A DNA stretch of 64,000 nt from Candidatus Kaiserbacteria bacterium (GCA_028286585.1 JAQBRI010000011.1:1648-65647); one strand, 5' to 3'. Shown: positions 20,125 through 29,913, counted from the stretch's first letter. Made by a program: numbers and translations. The notes: generated by a model from the letters alone, not told the origin.

Positions 20125-20925
20125 TTATTGGGTTACAGTCACAGTAGCTGAACCAAGAATGTTACTGGTAAGACCTTTGAAGGTGTACGTGTATACTCCT
20201 GGTGTCCACGGTGCATTCAGCGAACCGGTTGAGAAGTTACCTCCACCATCTGCGTGAGCTTGCGTAACAGTGGCTCCGTTCAGAGTAACTAATACAGACT
20301 CCTCATGGCCAAACTGTGACCCTCCGAAGTTAAGTCCGCCGCCAATATGGACCGAGGTATCTGCTGGTGAAACCATGCCGGTCGTTACTGTGGTACTACC
20401 TGTCGGAGGTATGGTTCCTCCGCCCATGCCTCCCAAATTAAGATTTGAAAGAATGAACAAAATCTGCTGCTGGATATTTTGCAGCTGTACCAAGAGAGCC
20501 TGAAGGGTTGTCAGAGTGGTCCACATATCTGTGGTTGAACCCACTCCTGTTGTAGTAGTTGCACCTGTCGTAGTTCCGGTTCCCGTTGTGGTAGTCGATC
20601 CTACACCAGTGTCTGTGCTTGTTCCGGTACCTGTCGTGGTGGTTGTTCCTACGCCAGTATCAGTGGTCGATCCCATGCCGGTATCGGTCGATGTTGCAGA
20701 AGATGTCGTACTGGTAGCGGTTGTTGAACCCATTCCAGTATCTGTTGAGGTGCCAACACTGGTATCAGTGGTTGTGCCTGTCGTTGAGCTTGCTACATCG
20801 GCAAACGCAAATACGGTTGGAATTAATAATGCGCCCGCTGTAATCGCCGACAAAAGCAAAGGTGTTTTGAATGCTTGTAGAGTGTTACTGGTAAGGGATT
20901 TTGATGTGTTATGTAAGGTTTTCAT
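20125..20925 (-). CDS. secreted Thr-rich tandem-repeat protein
   Basis: Signal peptide. About nine imperfect repeats of TDTGVGSTT (DNA 20520-20784). C-terminal ~110-aa beta-rich domain. Confidence 0.6.
   Translation of the reverse strand: MKTLHNTSKSLTSNTLQAFKTPLLLSAITAGALLIPTVFAFADVASSTTGTTTDTSVGTSTDTGMGSTTATSTTSSATSTDTGMGSTTDTGVGTTTTTGTGTSTDTGVGSTTTTGTGTTTGATTTTGVGSTTDMWTTLTTLQALLVQLQNIQQQILFILSNLNLGGMGGGTIPPTGSTTVTTGMVSPADTSVHIGGGLNFGGSQFGHEESVLVTLNGATVTQAHADGGGNFSTGSLNAPWTPGVYTYTFKGLTSNILGSATVTVTQ
20520..20784 (-). repeat. imperfect ~27-bp coding tandem repeats (Thr/Gly/Ser-rich)
   Basis: Repeated ccagt(a/g)tc(t/a)gt ... ggtacc-like units visible in the DNA. They encode (T/S)TDTG(V/M)GSTT units. 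Confidence 0.6.
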
Positions 20926-21017
20926 ACGCGTGGTAGAAGTTACAATTGTTAATGCATATCTCTAATAATATTAACTAGTAATATAATTAGTACTCCGCAC
21001 CAATAGGGAATGTTACC

Positions 21018-21048
21018 TTGACACCTGCACTTACTTAAATGCTATAAT
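21018..21048 (+). promoter_or_regulatory. candidate sigma70 promoter for the VOC gene
   Basis: TTGACA (21018-21023), 19 nt, TATAAT (21043-21048), about 25 bp upstream of the ATG. Confidence 0.4.
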
Positions 21049-21070
21049 TATAGATTGCCCAAATGCACAT

Positions 21071-21484
21071 ATGAAAACAGACGTCTACATGCACATGTCA
21101 GTAAAAAATCTTTTAGTATCAAAAGCTTTTTTTGAGGAACTGGGCTTTACCACCTATCCACGTCTTACTTCAGATGATTGTCTCTGTATGAACATCGAGG
21201 ACAATATATATTGCATGTTTGTCAGTCGAGATTTTTTTGCCAAATTTTCTGAAAAAGATATCGTCGACGCTCATCTTGCGACCGAGTCACTCGTCTGTAT
21301 ATCTGCAGAAAGTAGGGGAGAGGTAGATGAATGGGTCAACAAAGCACTCTTTTTGGGCGCTACAGAGAACCTCGTCCCAGAAATGAAAACAGGGGGCAAC
21401 ATGTACAGCCGATCCTTTTCTGATCTCGATGGACACATCTGGGAAATCATGTGGATGGACCTCGAGCTCATACATGCGGTATAG
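21071..21484 (+). CDS. VOC family protein (glyoxalase/bleomycin-resistance fold)
   Basis: About 130-aa protein with the beta-alpha-beta-beta-beta VOC pattern (HMSVKNLLVSKAFFEELGF ... DLDGHIWEIMW). Confidence 0.65.
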   Translation: MKTDVYMHMSVKNLLVSKAFFEELGFTTYPRLTSDDCLCMNIEDNIYCMFVSRDFFAKFSEKDIVDAHLATESLVCISAESRGEVDEWVNKALFLGATENLVPEMKTGGNMYSRSFSDLDGHIWEIMWMDLELIHAV

Positions 21485-21529
21485 TAGTATTGTTTCCGTT
21501 TCTCTCACTCTAGGAGTGATATCAATGTT

Positions 21530-23272
21530 ATGCCACAACAGCCAAAACAAACCACATCTGAAATAACGCTCATTAGCCTGCTCAAACCATATACATGGAC
21601 TATTGTGGGTATCATTATTCTTACCCTTATAAGTAACGGGCTCAATCTTGTGGGGCCACAAATTGTCGCACATACGATAGATACCTACGGCCAAGGAAAT
21701 TTTGCTCTCAAGACGGTTATTTTCGAATTTTTCTCTGTTGCAGCTGGCATATTTATCTTTACCTACCTGCAAACCATTGTGCAAACGTATGCATCGGAAA
21801 GGGTTGCGCGGGATTTACGGAAACGATTCATAGCCAAAATATCAGAACAGGAATATGCGTATATTCAGGAAGTTTCTCCTGCAAAACTCTTGACCAACCT
21901 AACGTCTGACATCGATGCTGTAAAAACGTTTGTATCTCAAGCAATCGCGTCACTCATTTCCTCATTCTTTTTAATTATTGGTGCGAGCATATTACTGCTA
22001 CTTATTAATTGGAAAGTTGCACTTGCTGTCTTGGTCATCGTTCCAATTATCGGAATTACTTTTTTTGTTGTTCTGGGAAGAGTTCGCAAATTATTTAAAC
22101 GTGCGCAAGAGACGATAGATTGGCTCAATAAAGTTATCAATGAAAGCATTCTGGGCGCCGCACTCATTCGTCTCCTCAATTCGCAGTCATATGAGTATCA
22201 AAAGTTCCTTGCAGCAAATGAAGAATCTAAAAATATTGGATTGAGTATTTTACGTCTCTTTGCAGGTCTAATTCCAGTGATTATATTTACAACTAACGTT
22301 GCAACATTGATCATTCTTATTTTTGGCGGTCATTTCGTGATTACAGGCACCATGAGTTTGGGTGACTTTACTGCATTTAATAGTTATTTGGCTATCCTCA
22401 TCTTTCCGATTCTAATTATTGGATTTATGAGCAATGTGATTGCGCAGGCAAGCGCGTCTTTACAGCGTATTTCTCTAGTCCTTAATTCACAGCAGCCCGA
22501 AAACACAGGTACACTTTCTTCACCGCTCTCAGGAAACATTGCAGTCAGCGGCGTAACTATCAACTACGGAGAACGGTCGTCACTCAAAAATGTTTCTTTT
22601 ACTATTAAGGCGGGCACAAAAACTGCAATCATCGGTCCTACTGCTGCAGGAAAGACCCAGCTGTTGTACGCAATGACCGGCCTCATCAAAACGTCGGAAG
22701 GAACCATATCGTATGATAATCACAGAATTGATGAGTATAAAAAAGTAACCCTTCACAAACAAATAGGCTTTGTGTTTCAAGACAGTATTATGTTTAATTT
22801 GAGCGTACGAGAAAATATTGCGTTTAGTAATACGGTCACAGATCAAAGCTTGGAGAAGGCGATAGAGACTGCTGAATTGCATGATTTTATTGATGTTCTT
22901 CCTGAAAAGCTCGATACGGTTGTCTCAGAGCGAGGAACAAGTCTTTCAGGGGGCCAAAAACAGCGCATCATGCTTGCGCGGGCTCTGTCACTTAACCCAA
23001 CCATACTTCTGCTAGATGATTTTACCGCACGAGTAGATTCAAATACGGAGTCCAAGATTCTCGCAAACATTACTCGTAATTATCCGGACCTTACCTTGGT
23101 TTCAGTGACACAAAAAATCGCCCCTGTCGAAACATACGACCAGATCATTCTTTTGATGGAGGGTGAAATATTAGCAACGGGCACGCACGAGGAGCTTTTG
23201 CACAAATCACCAGAATACGTACAAATATACAATTCCCAAAAGAGTACAGAAAATTATGAACTACAAACTTAA
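21530..23272 (+). CDS. ABC transporter permease/ATP-binding protein (exporter half, degenerate catalytic site)
   Basis: Six-TM domain plus NBD. Walker A GPTAAGKT, signature LSGGQKQR, Walker B ILLLDDF (Asp in place of the catalytic Glu). RBS aggag. Confidence 0.9.
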   Translation: MPQQPKQTTSEITLISLLKPYTWTIVGIIILTLISNGLNLVGPQIVAHTIDTYGQGNFALKTVIFEFFSVAAGIFIFTYLQTIVQTYASERVARDLRKRFIAKISEQEYAYIQEVSPAKLLTNLTSDIDAVKTFVSQAIASLISSFFLIIGASILLLLINWKVALAVLVIVPIIGITFFVVLGRVRKLFKRAQETIDWLNKVINESILGAALIRLLNSQSYEYQKFLAANEESKNIGLSILRLFAGLIPVIIFTTNVATLIILIFGGHFVITGTMSLGDFTAFNSYLAILIFPILIIGFMSNVIAQASASLQRISLVLNSQQPENTGTLSSPLSGNIAVSGVTINYGERSSLKNVSFTIKAGTKTAIIGPTAAGKTQLLYAMTGLIKTSEGTISYDNHRIDEYKKVTLHKQIGFVFQDSIMFNLSVRENIAFSNTVTDQSLEKAIETAELHDFIDVLPEKLDTVVSERGTSLSGGQKQRIMLARALSLNPTILLLDDFTARVDSNTESKILANITRNYPDLTLVSVTQKIAPVETYDQIILLMEGEILATGTHEELLHKSPEYVQIYNSQKSTENYELQT

Positions 23273-25019
23273 CACAATCGACGAACAGTCAAACAAGGGG
23301 AACACGCTTGGCGGTATCAAGCGCCTTATTCCTCTCATGCATGGGGAGGGGAGACAAACGCTTATTGCATTTACCACTATTCTCGTTAGTTCTGCGACGT
23401 CATTAATTACGCCTATTATTATTGCGCATACCGTAGACACATATATTCGCAACAAGGATTTTCATGGAGTATTGGCCTGGTCTCTTGTACTCTTTGCCAT
23501 ATACTGCGTCGGGCTTGGTGCTAGTTATATACAAACAATTACCATGGGTAGTATTGGACGCCGCGTGCTGTTTAATTTGCGAAATACTATTTTTAATAAA
23601 TTACAGGAACTGCCTGTTGCCTTTTTTAATCAAAACAAGGCAGGAGATCTTATTTCTCGCATTAACAACGATACGGATAAACTGAATCAGTTTTTTGCAC
23701 AAGCGCTGATGCAGTTTGTGGGCAACGCATTTTTGATTCTTGGTGCGGGCATCCTGCTTATTGTACTTAATCCACGACTAGGTGCTGCAGCACTTTTGCC
23801 AGCGGTAGTAATTCTAGGCGTAACTCAAATTATTTCTCCCTGGGTCAACCGTGTCAGCTTTAAGAGCTTGCAGGCTCTTGGAGGAATGAGTGGAGAAATT
23901 CAGGAAAGTATTAATAATTTTAAGGTTATAGTTGCGTTTAACCGGCTTGATTATTTTCGCAACAAGTTTGATGAGGCCAATCAAAAGAATTTTAAAGCGT
24001 CGGTCACTGCCGGAATTGCAAGCAATATATTTACTCCACTATACGGTCTCGCATATAACTTTGGACAATTAATAGTCTTGGCATACGGAATATACCTGAT
24101 TTCAACAGGTATGTTTACGGTAGGCTTATTGATTGGATTTCTTCTCTATGTAAACAGTTTTTATAACCCTTTGCGACAGCTTGCGACCGTATGGTCGTCG
24201 TTACAGCTTGCGCTTGCTGGTCTTGAGCGCATCTCAGAGGTCTTGGCACTAAAATCAGATATGATCACGTTACCAAACACACAACCTGTAGTCCCGTCGG
24301 CTCCGCTTCTTGCATTTAATAATGTCTCTTTCAAATACCCTGATAGCGGAAACATCATTTCAGATATCTCCTTTGAGCTTTTGCCTGGTAAAGTCTATGC
24401 GCTTGTCGGCCCTACGGGCGGGGGAAAGACCACTACCGCTTCATTAATGGCCCGTTTGTATGATCCAACTGAAGGCACAATCCTACTTAATGGCCGGGAT
24501 ATCAGAGGCTATTCGGCCGAGGAGCGAGGAAAATATATTGGTTTTATTCTTCAAGAACCGTTTCTTTTTACCGGAACTGTTCGAGAAAATATAATTTATG
24601 GTAATACTCGATATCATGATTATTCCAACGAACAGTTATTGGAGGTGCTCAAAGAAAAAGATCTGACGGGATTGCTTGCTCGTTTTGAAGAAGGTTTGAG
24701 TACTCCAATATCTTCGAGCGGCGACATGATCAGTCTTGGTCAAAAACAATTGATCGCATTTATTCGAGCCATATTGCGAGAACCAGAGCTATTGATTCTC
24801 GACGAAGCAACGGCAAACATTGATACTGTAACAGAAGAGTTACTTGAAAATATTCTTGAAAAACTTCCAAAAACAACTACTAAAGTAATCATTGCGCATC
24901 GACTCAATACGATTGAAAATGCAGATGACATATTTTTTGTAAATGGTGGCGAAATAACGCGTGCGGGCTCATTACAAAATGCACTCGACCTGCTTTTACA
25001 CGGCAAAAGAGCAAGTTAG
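23256..25019 (+). CDS. ABC transporter permease/ATP-binding protein (exporter half, consensus site)
   Basis: Walker A GPTGGGKTT, signature ISLGQKQ, Walker B LLILDEAT. It overlaps the upstream half-transporter by 17 nt, which indicates a heterodimeric exporter. Confidence 0.9.
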   Translation: MNYKLNTIDEQSNKGNTLGGIKRLIPLMHGEGRQTLIAFTTILVSSATSLITPIIIAHTVDTYIRNKDFHGVLAWSLVLFAIYCVGLGASYIQTITMGSIGRRVLFNLRNTIFNKLQELPVAFFNQNKAGDLISRINNDTDKLNQFFAQALMQFVGNAFLILGAGILLIVLNPRLGAAALLPAVVILGVTQIISPWVNRVSFKSLQALGGMSGEIQESINNFKVIVAFNRLDYFRNKFDEANQKNFKASVTAGIASNIFTPLYGLAYNFGQLIVLAYGIYLISTGMFTVGLLIGFLLYVNSFYNPLRQLATVWSSLQLALAGLERISEVLALKSDMITLPNTQPVVPSAPLLAFNNVSFKYPDSGNIISDISFELLPGKVYALVGPTGGGKTTTASLMARLYDPTEGTILLNGRDIRGYSAEERGKYIGFILQEPFLFTGTVRENIIYGNTRYHDYSNEQLLEVLKEKDLTGLLARFEEGLSTPISSSGDMISLGQKQLIAFIRAILREPELLILDEATANIDTVTEELLENILEKLPKTTTKVIIAHRLNTIENADDIFFVNGGEITRAGSLQNALDLLLHGKRAS

Positions 25020-25156
25020 CTATTGTGAATAGTGCCTTGTTCTTTGCTCCTCTACTGTTACTATAAAGGGGTGAGTGTGCAGGAAATAGTCATATAACTA
25101 GCTGCACCTTTGCATTGGATTTCTCTACTTATAACAAATAACACGTAACTTATTCT

Positions 25157-25459
25157 ATGTCTTCAAAAACAGTTCTTGGTATTATCGTTGTGCTCGTAGT
25201 TGCGGGGTTGACCATCTGGTGGTTCTTTAACAAACCACTTCCGCCTGCGTCATCAACAATTACCGCCACATCAAGCCAGGAAATGACTGGCCAGCCAAAT
25301 GGTGCTGCAGTGAACACCAGTATAAGCAGCACGGTGCAAAATACAGACAATTCTGACGCAGGCATTGATCAAACAATGACTTCAATTGATGCACAAATGA
25401 GTGGATTGGGTTCTGATAACGCAAGTACTGACAAAGCAATGAGTAATCCAGCTCAATAA
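25157..25459 (+). CDS. hypothetical membrane-anchored Ser/Thr-rich protein
   Basis: 100-aa protein with N-terminal TM (VLGIIVVLVVAGLTIWWFF) and a low-complexity tail. Confidence 0.4.
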   Translation: MSSKTVLGIIVVLVVAGLTIWWFFNKPLPPASSTITATSSQEMTGQPNGAAVNTSISSTVQNTDNSDAGIDQTMTSIDAQMSGLGSDNASTDKAMSNPAQ

Positions 25460-25484
25460 TTAAAATAATAACTCTGATATCACT

Positions 25485-26303
25485 ATGAACTTTAAAAATA
25501 CTTTGCTCGTTGCCTCATCATTATCTCTTTCGCTCGTGCTTGTCATTACTCTTATTGTGCTGCCTGCAGGCGCATTATCGGTTGGAACAAAGGCTGCAGT
25601 TTCCGCATCAAGTACGATTGGTATAAAAGCAGAGGTTCGCATTGCAACAAAGCTAAATGACATTATTACTCGAAGTAATACAGAGATAGCTGCACGTATT
25701 GCTGCACTGAACGCGCTTTCGGTACGGATTGAATCCCTCAAAAATGTTTCTGTTTCTGCAAAAACGGCAGTTGCTAATAGCGTTCTAGCAAATACAAATG
25801 GTCTATCAGCGCTCAAAAGCAAAATTGATGCTGATACAGACGCATCAGTGGCTTTGACAGACGAAAAAACGATAACTGGTTCATATCGAATATACGCACT
25901 CGTTATACCGCAGGGTTATATTCTTGCATCTACGGATAGAATAGCGGTGATTGCAGGCATGATGACCACCTTGAGTACCCAGTTTCAGGCACGTATTACC
26001 GGAGCCCAGACAGTTGGTAAAAATGTGACAGACATGCAAGCATTGCTTGTTGATTTTGATGCAAAAATTGCTGACGCTAAGATGCATGCCCTTGCTGCCC
26101 AAACTGGGGTTGCAGCTCTTATGCCTGATTTTGGCAATAAAACGACGCTAGAGGTTAATACAGCGGCAATTAAGGCAGCACGAGCAGATGTTAAGGTATC
26201 TAGCCAAGATTTGGACGCTGCACGAACAACCGCAAAGAAAATTGTGAAAGAAATAAGGAGTTTAAACGTCAAAGCAACTAGCTCCGCCACTATAACTCAA
26301 TAG
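25485..26303 (+). CDS. hypothetical membrane-anchored Ala-rich protein
   Basis: 272-aa protein with N-terminal TM, then alpha-helical Ala/Thr-rich sequence. Confidence 0.5.
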   Translation: MNFKNTLLVASSLSLSLVLVITLIVLPAGALSVGTKAAVSASSTIGIKAEVRIATKLNDIITRSNTEIAARIAALNALSVRIESLKNVSVSAKTAVANSVLANTNGLSALKSKIDADTDASVALTDEKTITGSYRIYALVIPQGYILASTDRIAVIAGMMTTLSTQFQARITGAQTVGKNVTDMQALLVDFDAKIADAKMHALAAQTGVAALMPDFGNKTTLEVNTAAIKAARADVKVSSQDLDAARTTAKKIVKEIRSLNVKATSSATITQ

Positions 26304-26413
26304 GCCATATTAAATAACGACTGGCAGGGAAGGGGAGGTTCTATTTATTCACGATATTGGATAGGCTTTTGAAACTTATCCAATACACTTGTTATCACAA
26401 AATGTAATCATCT

Positions 26414-27067
26414 ATGAAAAAATTCTTACTTGTTCTGCTCGTCATAATTCTCGCACTTTTCGCTGATTGGTACTTTATGTATTACAAAATGGGAACAACT
26501 TCGACAGCGACAACGACTGTAAGTACCACGACGACTCAACAGCCTGTAGCATCAAATGTATATACAAATACACAGTCTGGTTACTCGCTGACCTTGCCGA
26601 GTATTGCGACTTCAAGCACTGATCTTGGAGGCTATATGGTAGTCGAAGGTTATCAATACCAAGAACTTGGTCCGGGCAATGATATCGCTGGAACAAAATT
26701 TACCATTCCAACAAATCTTGCAGCTGGTACTAACTTGTCTTCAGACAGTTATATAAGTGTGGAAACAATGCCGCAAGCTACAAGCTGCATAGCAGGACAA
26801 TTCCTGAGTACCGACACTATAAAATCACAAACAGTTACAGAAGGTGGCACAACATATTCTGTCGCGTCGTCGACTGGTGCCGGAGCAGGGAATCGATATG
26901 AGGAAATTGTCTACGCACTTTCGGGAACTCAACCTTGTTTGGCTGTCCGTTATTTTATCCATTATGGAGTTATCGGCAACTATCCGGCAGGTACTGTAAA
27001 GGAGTTTGATGAAAAGTCGTTGCGTGCACAATTTGACAGTATTCGCCACACCCTGGTGATAAACTAG
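26414..27067 (+). CDS. hypothetical secreted or membrane-anchored protein
   Basis: 217-aa protein with N-terminal TM, Thr-rich linker, then a beta-rich domain. Confidence 0.5.
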   Translation: MKKFLLVLLVIILALFADWYFMYYKMGTTSTATTTVSTTTTQQPVASNVYTNTQSGYSLTLPSIATSSTDLGGYMVVEGYQYQELGPGNDIAGTKFTIPTNLAAGTNLSSDSYISVETMPQATSCIAGQFLSTDTIKSQTVTEGGTTYSVASSTGAGAGNRYEEIVYALSGTQPCLAVRYFIHYGVIGNYPAGTVKEFDEKSLRAQFDSIRHTLVIN

Positions 27068-27125
27068 TGGCGCACAAAATACACCTTGCTATACTTATAG
27101 ATTACCAAATTAATAAATAAAAAAT

Positions 27126-27278
27126 ATGTTGTATACAATTGCTGTGATCTTGTTGATCCTATGGTTGTTGGGCCTAGTTACTTCGTACACGATTGGAGGG
27201 TTTATTCACATATTGCTCGTCGTTGCAATTGTCATGATTTTGATTCGACTCATTCGTGGAGAGAACCCAATTAAGTAA
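27126..27278 (+). CDS. lmo0937-family small membrane protein (50 aa, not in ORF track)
   Basis: MLYTIAVILLILWLLGLVTSYTIGGFIHILLVVAIVMILIRLIRGENPIK matches the lmo0937-type motif (I..IL.ILWLLG ... GG.IH.LLV.A...II). Confidence 0.55.
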   Translation: MLYTIAVILLILWLLGLVTSYTIGGFIHILLVVAIVMILIRLIRGENPIK

Positions 27279-27308
27279 TACTTGTAATAACCTAACTCGC
27301 AAACACTT

Positions 27309-27545
27309 ATGGTAGACATAATAAACAACGCAGAACCACAACGTCCCGTAGTTGTCGCTTCCAATGATGATTCGAGCGGATGGATGGTATTGGTAATCGT
27401 ACTTCTAATCGTAATTGCCGGTGGGGCATACGCATGGGTACATTACCGTCGTCCTGCAGCGCCTGCAGCTGCTCCTGTGATTCAGGTCAACGTACCTAAT
27501 CCGACTCCTGCAGCAGGAAATCCACCAGCTCCAGCAGGACAATAA
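27309..27545 (+). CDS. hypothetical small membrane protein with Pro/Ala-rich tail
   Basis: 78-aa protein, one TM (WMVLVIVLLIVIAGGAYAWVHY), C-terminal PAAPAAAP low complexity. A terminator follows. Confidence 0.35.
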   Translation: MVDIINNAEPQRPVVVASNDDSSGWMVLVIVLLIVIAGGAYAWVHYRRPAAPAAAPVIQVNVPNPTPAAGNPPAPAGQ

Positions 27546-27571
27546 ATAATTGGGCTGACGCAATCAAAAAT

Positions 27572-27605
27572 ACAAAAGCCGATGGAAACATCGGCTTTTG
27601 TATTT
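27572..27605 (+). terminator. rho-independent terminator
   Basis: aaaagccgatg-gaaa-catcggcttttgtattt. Confidence 0.65.
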
Positions 27606-27996
27606 ACATATACTTACTTGGGAGACAAACCAATTGGATTGATTCAATGACTCTACACGCAGCTTTGCCGTGTGGACTCAGCCATGCGCTACAGTATTAA
27701 ATGTTCTAGGTTGTATGTCGCAAAAGATATATTGTGCGACATGGAACCTCGAGAGAAGCTTCACGCTCCCAGTCTTGGTCTATGCAGTCTTGCTTATCCC
27801 CCTACCCTATATTGTTATTGCTTTCTAAAAACTTTTGATTAGAGATCTTTATATATTTTATCTCGTTTTGGATTCAGATATTTTTCTTACGTTTTGAATT
27901 TTAAGACGCTCGCTCCCCCCACATTGATTGACCTTGTTGTTAATTAAAGTGGTGCTATAGTTTTTATGGGATTGATCTCAGAGGGAGGAGGATCTC

Positions 27997-28395
27997 ATGG
28001 GACTCGTATATTTGACACCAAATGGTCTGCTTCATAAGCTTGCCTACCTAATGAGCTACATTCGCGACGCTCTTTTTGGCTCTGCAATGGTGCCAAAACC
28101 GCGGCCGACGACAATGAGCTGGTGGGAGCTGTGTTACAAGATTGTTCTGAACTTTCTTGCTGCCATCTTTACCTTCGTCGTGGTTGTCGGGGTATCCCTT
28201 GCAAGTGGCGCATTGTTAGGGCAGTTGCTTTCCAGGTTCCCCGAATTGCGTTGGCTGTTTGGAGCCGTGCTTGTACTCGCCATACTCTATCGTGCGTGGG
28301 AAAGCCTCCGCATCAAGAAGAGGCTACGCAGTATCAAAAAGAGGCTCCGCGTTATCTGGCGCCGGCTCAACGATCCTTTGCACCGTATTACATAA
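27997..28395 (+). CDS. hypothetical membrane protein (GC-rich)
   Basis: Strong SD gagggaggagg 7 nt upstream. Two TM helices and an Arg/Lys-rich C-terminus. Local GC about 52%. Confidence 0.45.
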   Translation: MGLVYLTPNGLLHKLAYLMSYIRDALFGSAMVPKPRPTTMSWWELCYKIVLNFLAAIFTFVVVVGVSLASGALLGQLLSRFPELRWLFGAVLVLAILYRAWESLRIKKRLRSIKKRLRVIWRRLNDPLHRIT

Positions 28396-28424
28396 GAAAA
28401 TAGTGCGCCAAGAATTTCCTGAAC

Positions 28425-28461
28425 TTAACCCGCTATCATCACAGAAGCGGGTTAATTTTTT
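28425..28461 (+). terminator. rho-independent terminator
   Basis: ttaacccgc-tatcatcacagaa-gcgggttaa followed by ttttttg. Confidence 0.55.
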
Positions 28462-28490
28462 GGGTCACTCACATCATTAAGCGCTCAAGA

Positions 28491-29336
28491 CTACGCTTTC
28501 TTTACAGCTTCAATGCAAAGGAACAAAGGAAATTCTTTACGTGCGATATCTTCCGCTTTTGCTCGCGGACCCTTTTCACTACTCCGATGAGAAATCCACT
28601 CCTCAAGTCGAGTGACAGAAAAATTTGAATTAGAAAGTGCCTTTACATAATCCTGCAGTGATCGATGAAAGGAATACGTATATGACTTTCCAGTCTGCTT
28701 GCCTGGTGTCATGTCGATCTTCTCTTTTGATGAAGACAAATAGGTATCAAGTCTTCGATATTGCGTTTGCGTATTGGAATCCCAGCCCCACGAAGAAGAC
28801 TTTGGAATTCTGAAAGCAGGATGGTTGATCACAAACACAAACCGGCCGCCTGGTCTAAGAACCCGAAATGCTTCTTTAAAAACCATATCCATACGTTCTA
28901 TGTTTTGAAGTGCGAGTACGCACGTGAGCACATCAAAGGTACCTGAATCTGCAAAGTCTAGGCTGTCGGCCGCCGCACAATGATATTCAATATCTGGTGA
29001 TTTCTTTTGCGCAATTGATATGAGTTCTTTTGCAATGTCCGCTCCTACTACATCTGCACCCTGTTCATTAAAGAGGCGTGTAAAAAACCCTTCCCCACAG
29101 CCAATGTCGAGTATATGCAATCCAGTTTGTGCCGCGACAATTCGCGCAAGATTGGGTGTAATTACCTGTGCATGGTAGGTGTCCTCACCTTGCAAATGCT
29201 CCTGATACCACCCAGCAACCGGTCCCCATGAAGTACTCTTGTCTGTATCTTTTACAGGCTTGCGTGGGGAAGAGCCTGTGTCCCCTGCCCTGCCAGCTTT
29301 TTTGTGGTCTCGCTTAGGATTTCCAGGGAATGGCAT
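28491..29336 (-). CDS. class I SAM-dependent methyltransferase with basic N-terminal tail
   Basis: Motif I LDIGCGEGFF, motif post-I VVGADI, Methyltransf_11-like VLRPGGRFVF. The N-terminal Lys/Arg-rich 40 aa may bind nucleic acid. The ATG at 29336 lies 22 nt after the stop of the upstream exonuclease gene. Confidence 0.75.
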   Translation of the reverse strand: MPFPGNPKRDHKKAGRAGDTGSSPRKPVKDTDKSTSWGPVAGWYQEHLQGEDTYHAQVITPNLARIVAAQTGLHILDIGCGEGFFTRLFNEQGADVVGADIAKELISIAQKKSPDIEYHCAAADSLDFADSGTFDVLTCVLALQNIERMDMVFKEAFRVLRPGGRFVFVINHPAFRIPKSSSWGWDSNTQTQYRRLDTYLSSSKEKIDMTPGKQTGKSYTYSFHRSLQDYVKALSNSNFSVTRLEEWISHRSSEKGPRAKAEDIARKEFPLFLCIEAVKKA

Positions 29337-29913
29337 AATGTTCAAATTCTGGCAATAATTTTCTGTCGTACAAAAGTCGAGATATAACTTCGGCATGAGA
29401 AAGCGCACCTGTAAGCGCATTGTGCGGCTCTGGTTCATCTGGTATACCGCAGTAGTTCATAACAGCATCAAGATTAAGTGCCGAACGCTTGTGCTTTTTA
29501 TCAAACGGAGGCTGTATTCCCTTGTTGATCATATGCATGTAGCACAAGGTGTGCGTGTCGATTGTTCTATAAGCAAATGGATATTCACTATGACCTGAAC
29601 GCTCAAGCGCATGCTTTACAAAGTCTCGATCAAAAGATACGTTCTGGCCAGCAAGAGTGCGGTCTACCAAATTTTCACTCCACTGCAAAAATTCGTGGAC
29701 AATTTCGGCCTCGGTTGGCTTACTAGGATCAAGAATTTCTGAACGTTTAAAACCATTTACAGCAAGTGCCTCGTCCATAATATGTGCACCATCCCATACG
29801 CGGCATTCTGCATAAAAACGATTTGTCGGATTAGATAAATCGAGCGCTCCAATACTTACAATGGAGTGCTTCCATAGCTCAGTCCCCGATGCCTCTACGT
29901 CGATAACTAACAT
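29314..29913 (-). CDS. DEDDh-type 3'-5' exonuclease (DnaQ-like)
   Basis: Exo I VIDVEASG, Exo II QNVSFDRDFV, Exo III PHNALTGALSHAEV. Confidence 0.75.
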   Translation of the reverse strand: MLVIDVEASGTELWKHSIVSIGALDLSNPTNRFYAECRVWDGAHIMDEALAVNGFKRSEILDPSKPTEAEIVHEFLQWSENLVDRTLAGQNVSFDRDFVKHALERSGHSEYPFAYRTIDTHTLCYMHMINKGIQPPFDKKHKRSALNLDAVMNYCGIPDEPEPHNALTGALSHAEVISRLLYDRKLLPEFEHYAIPWKS

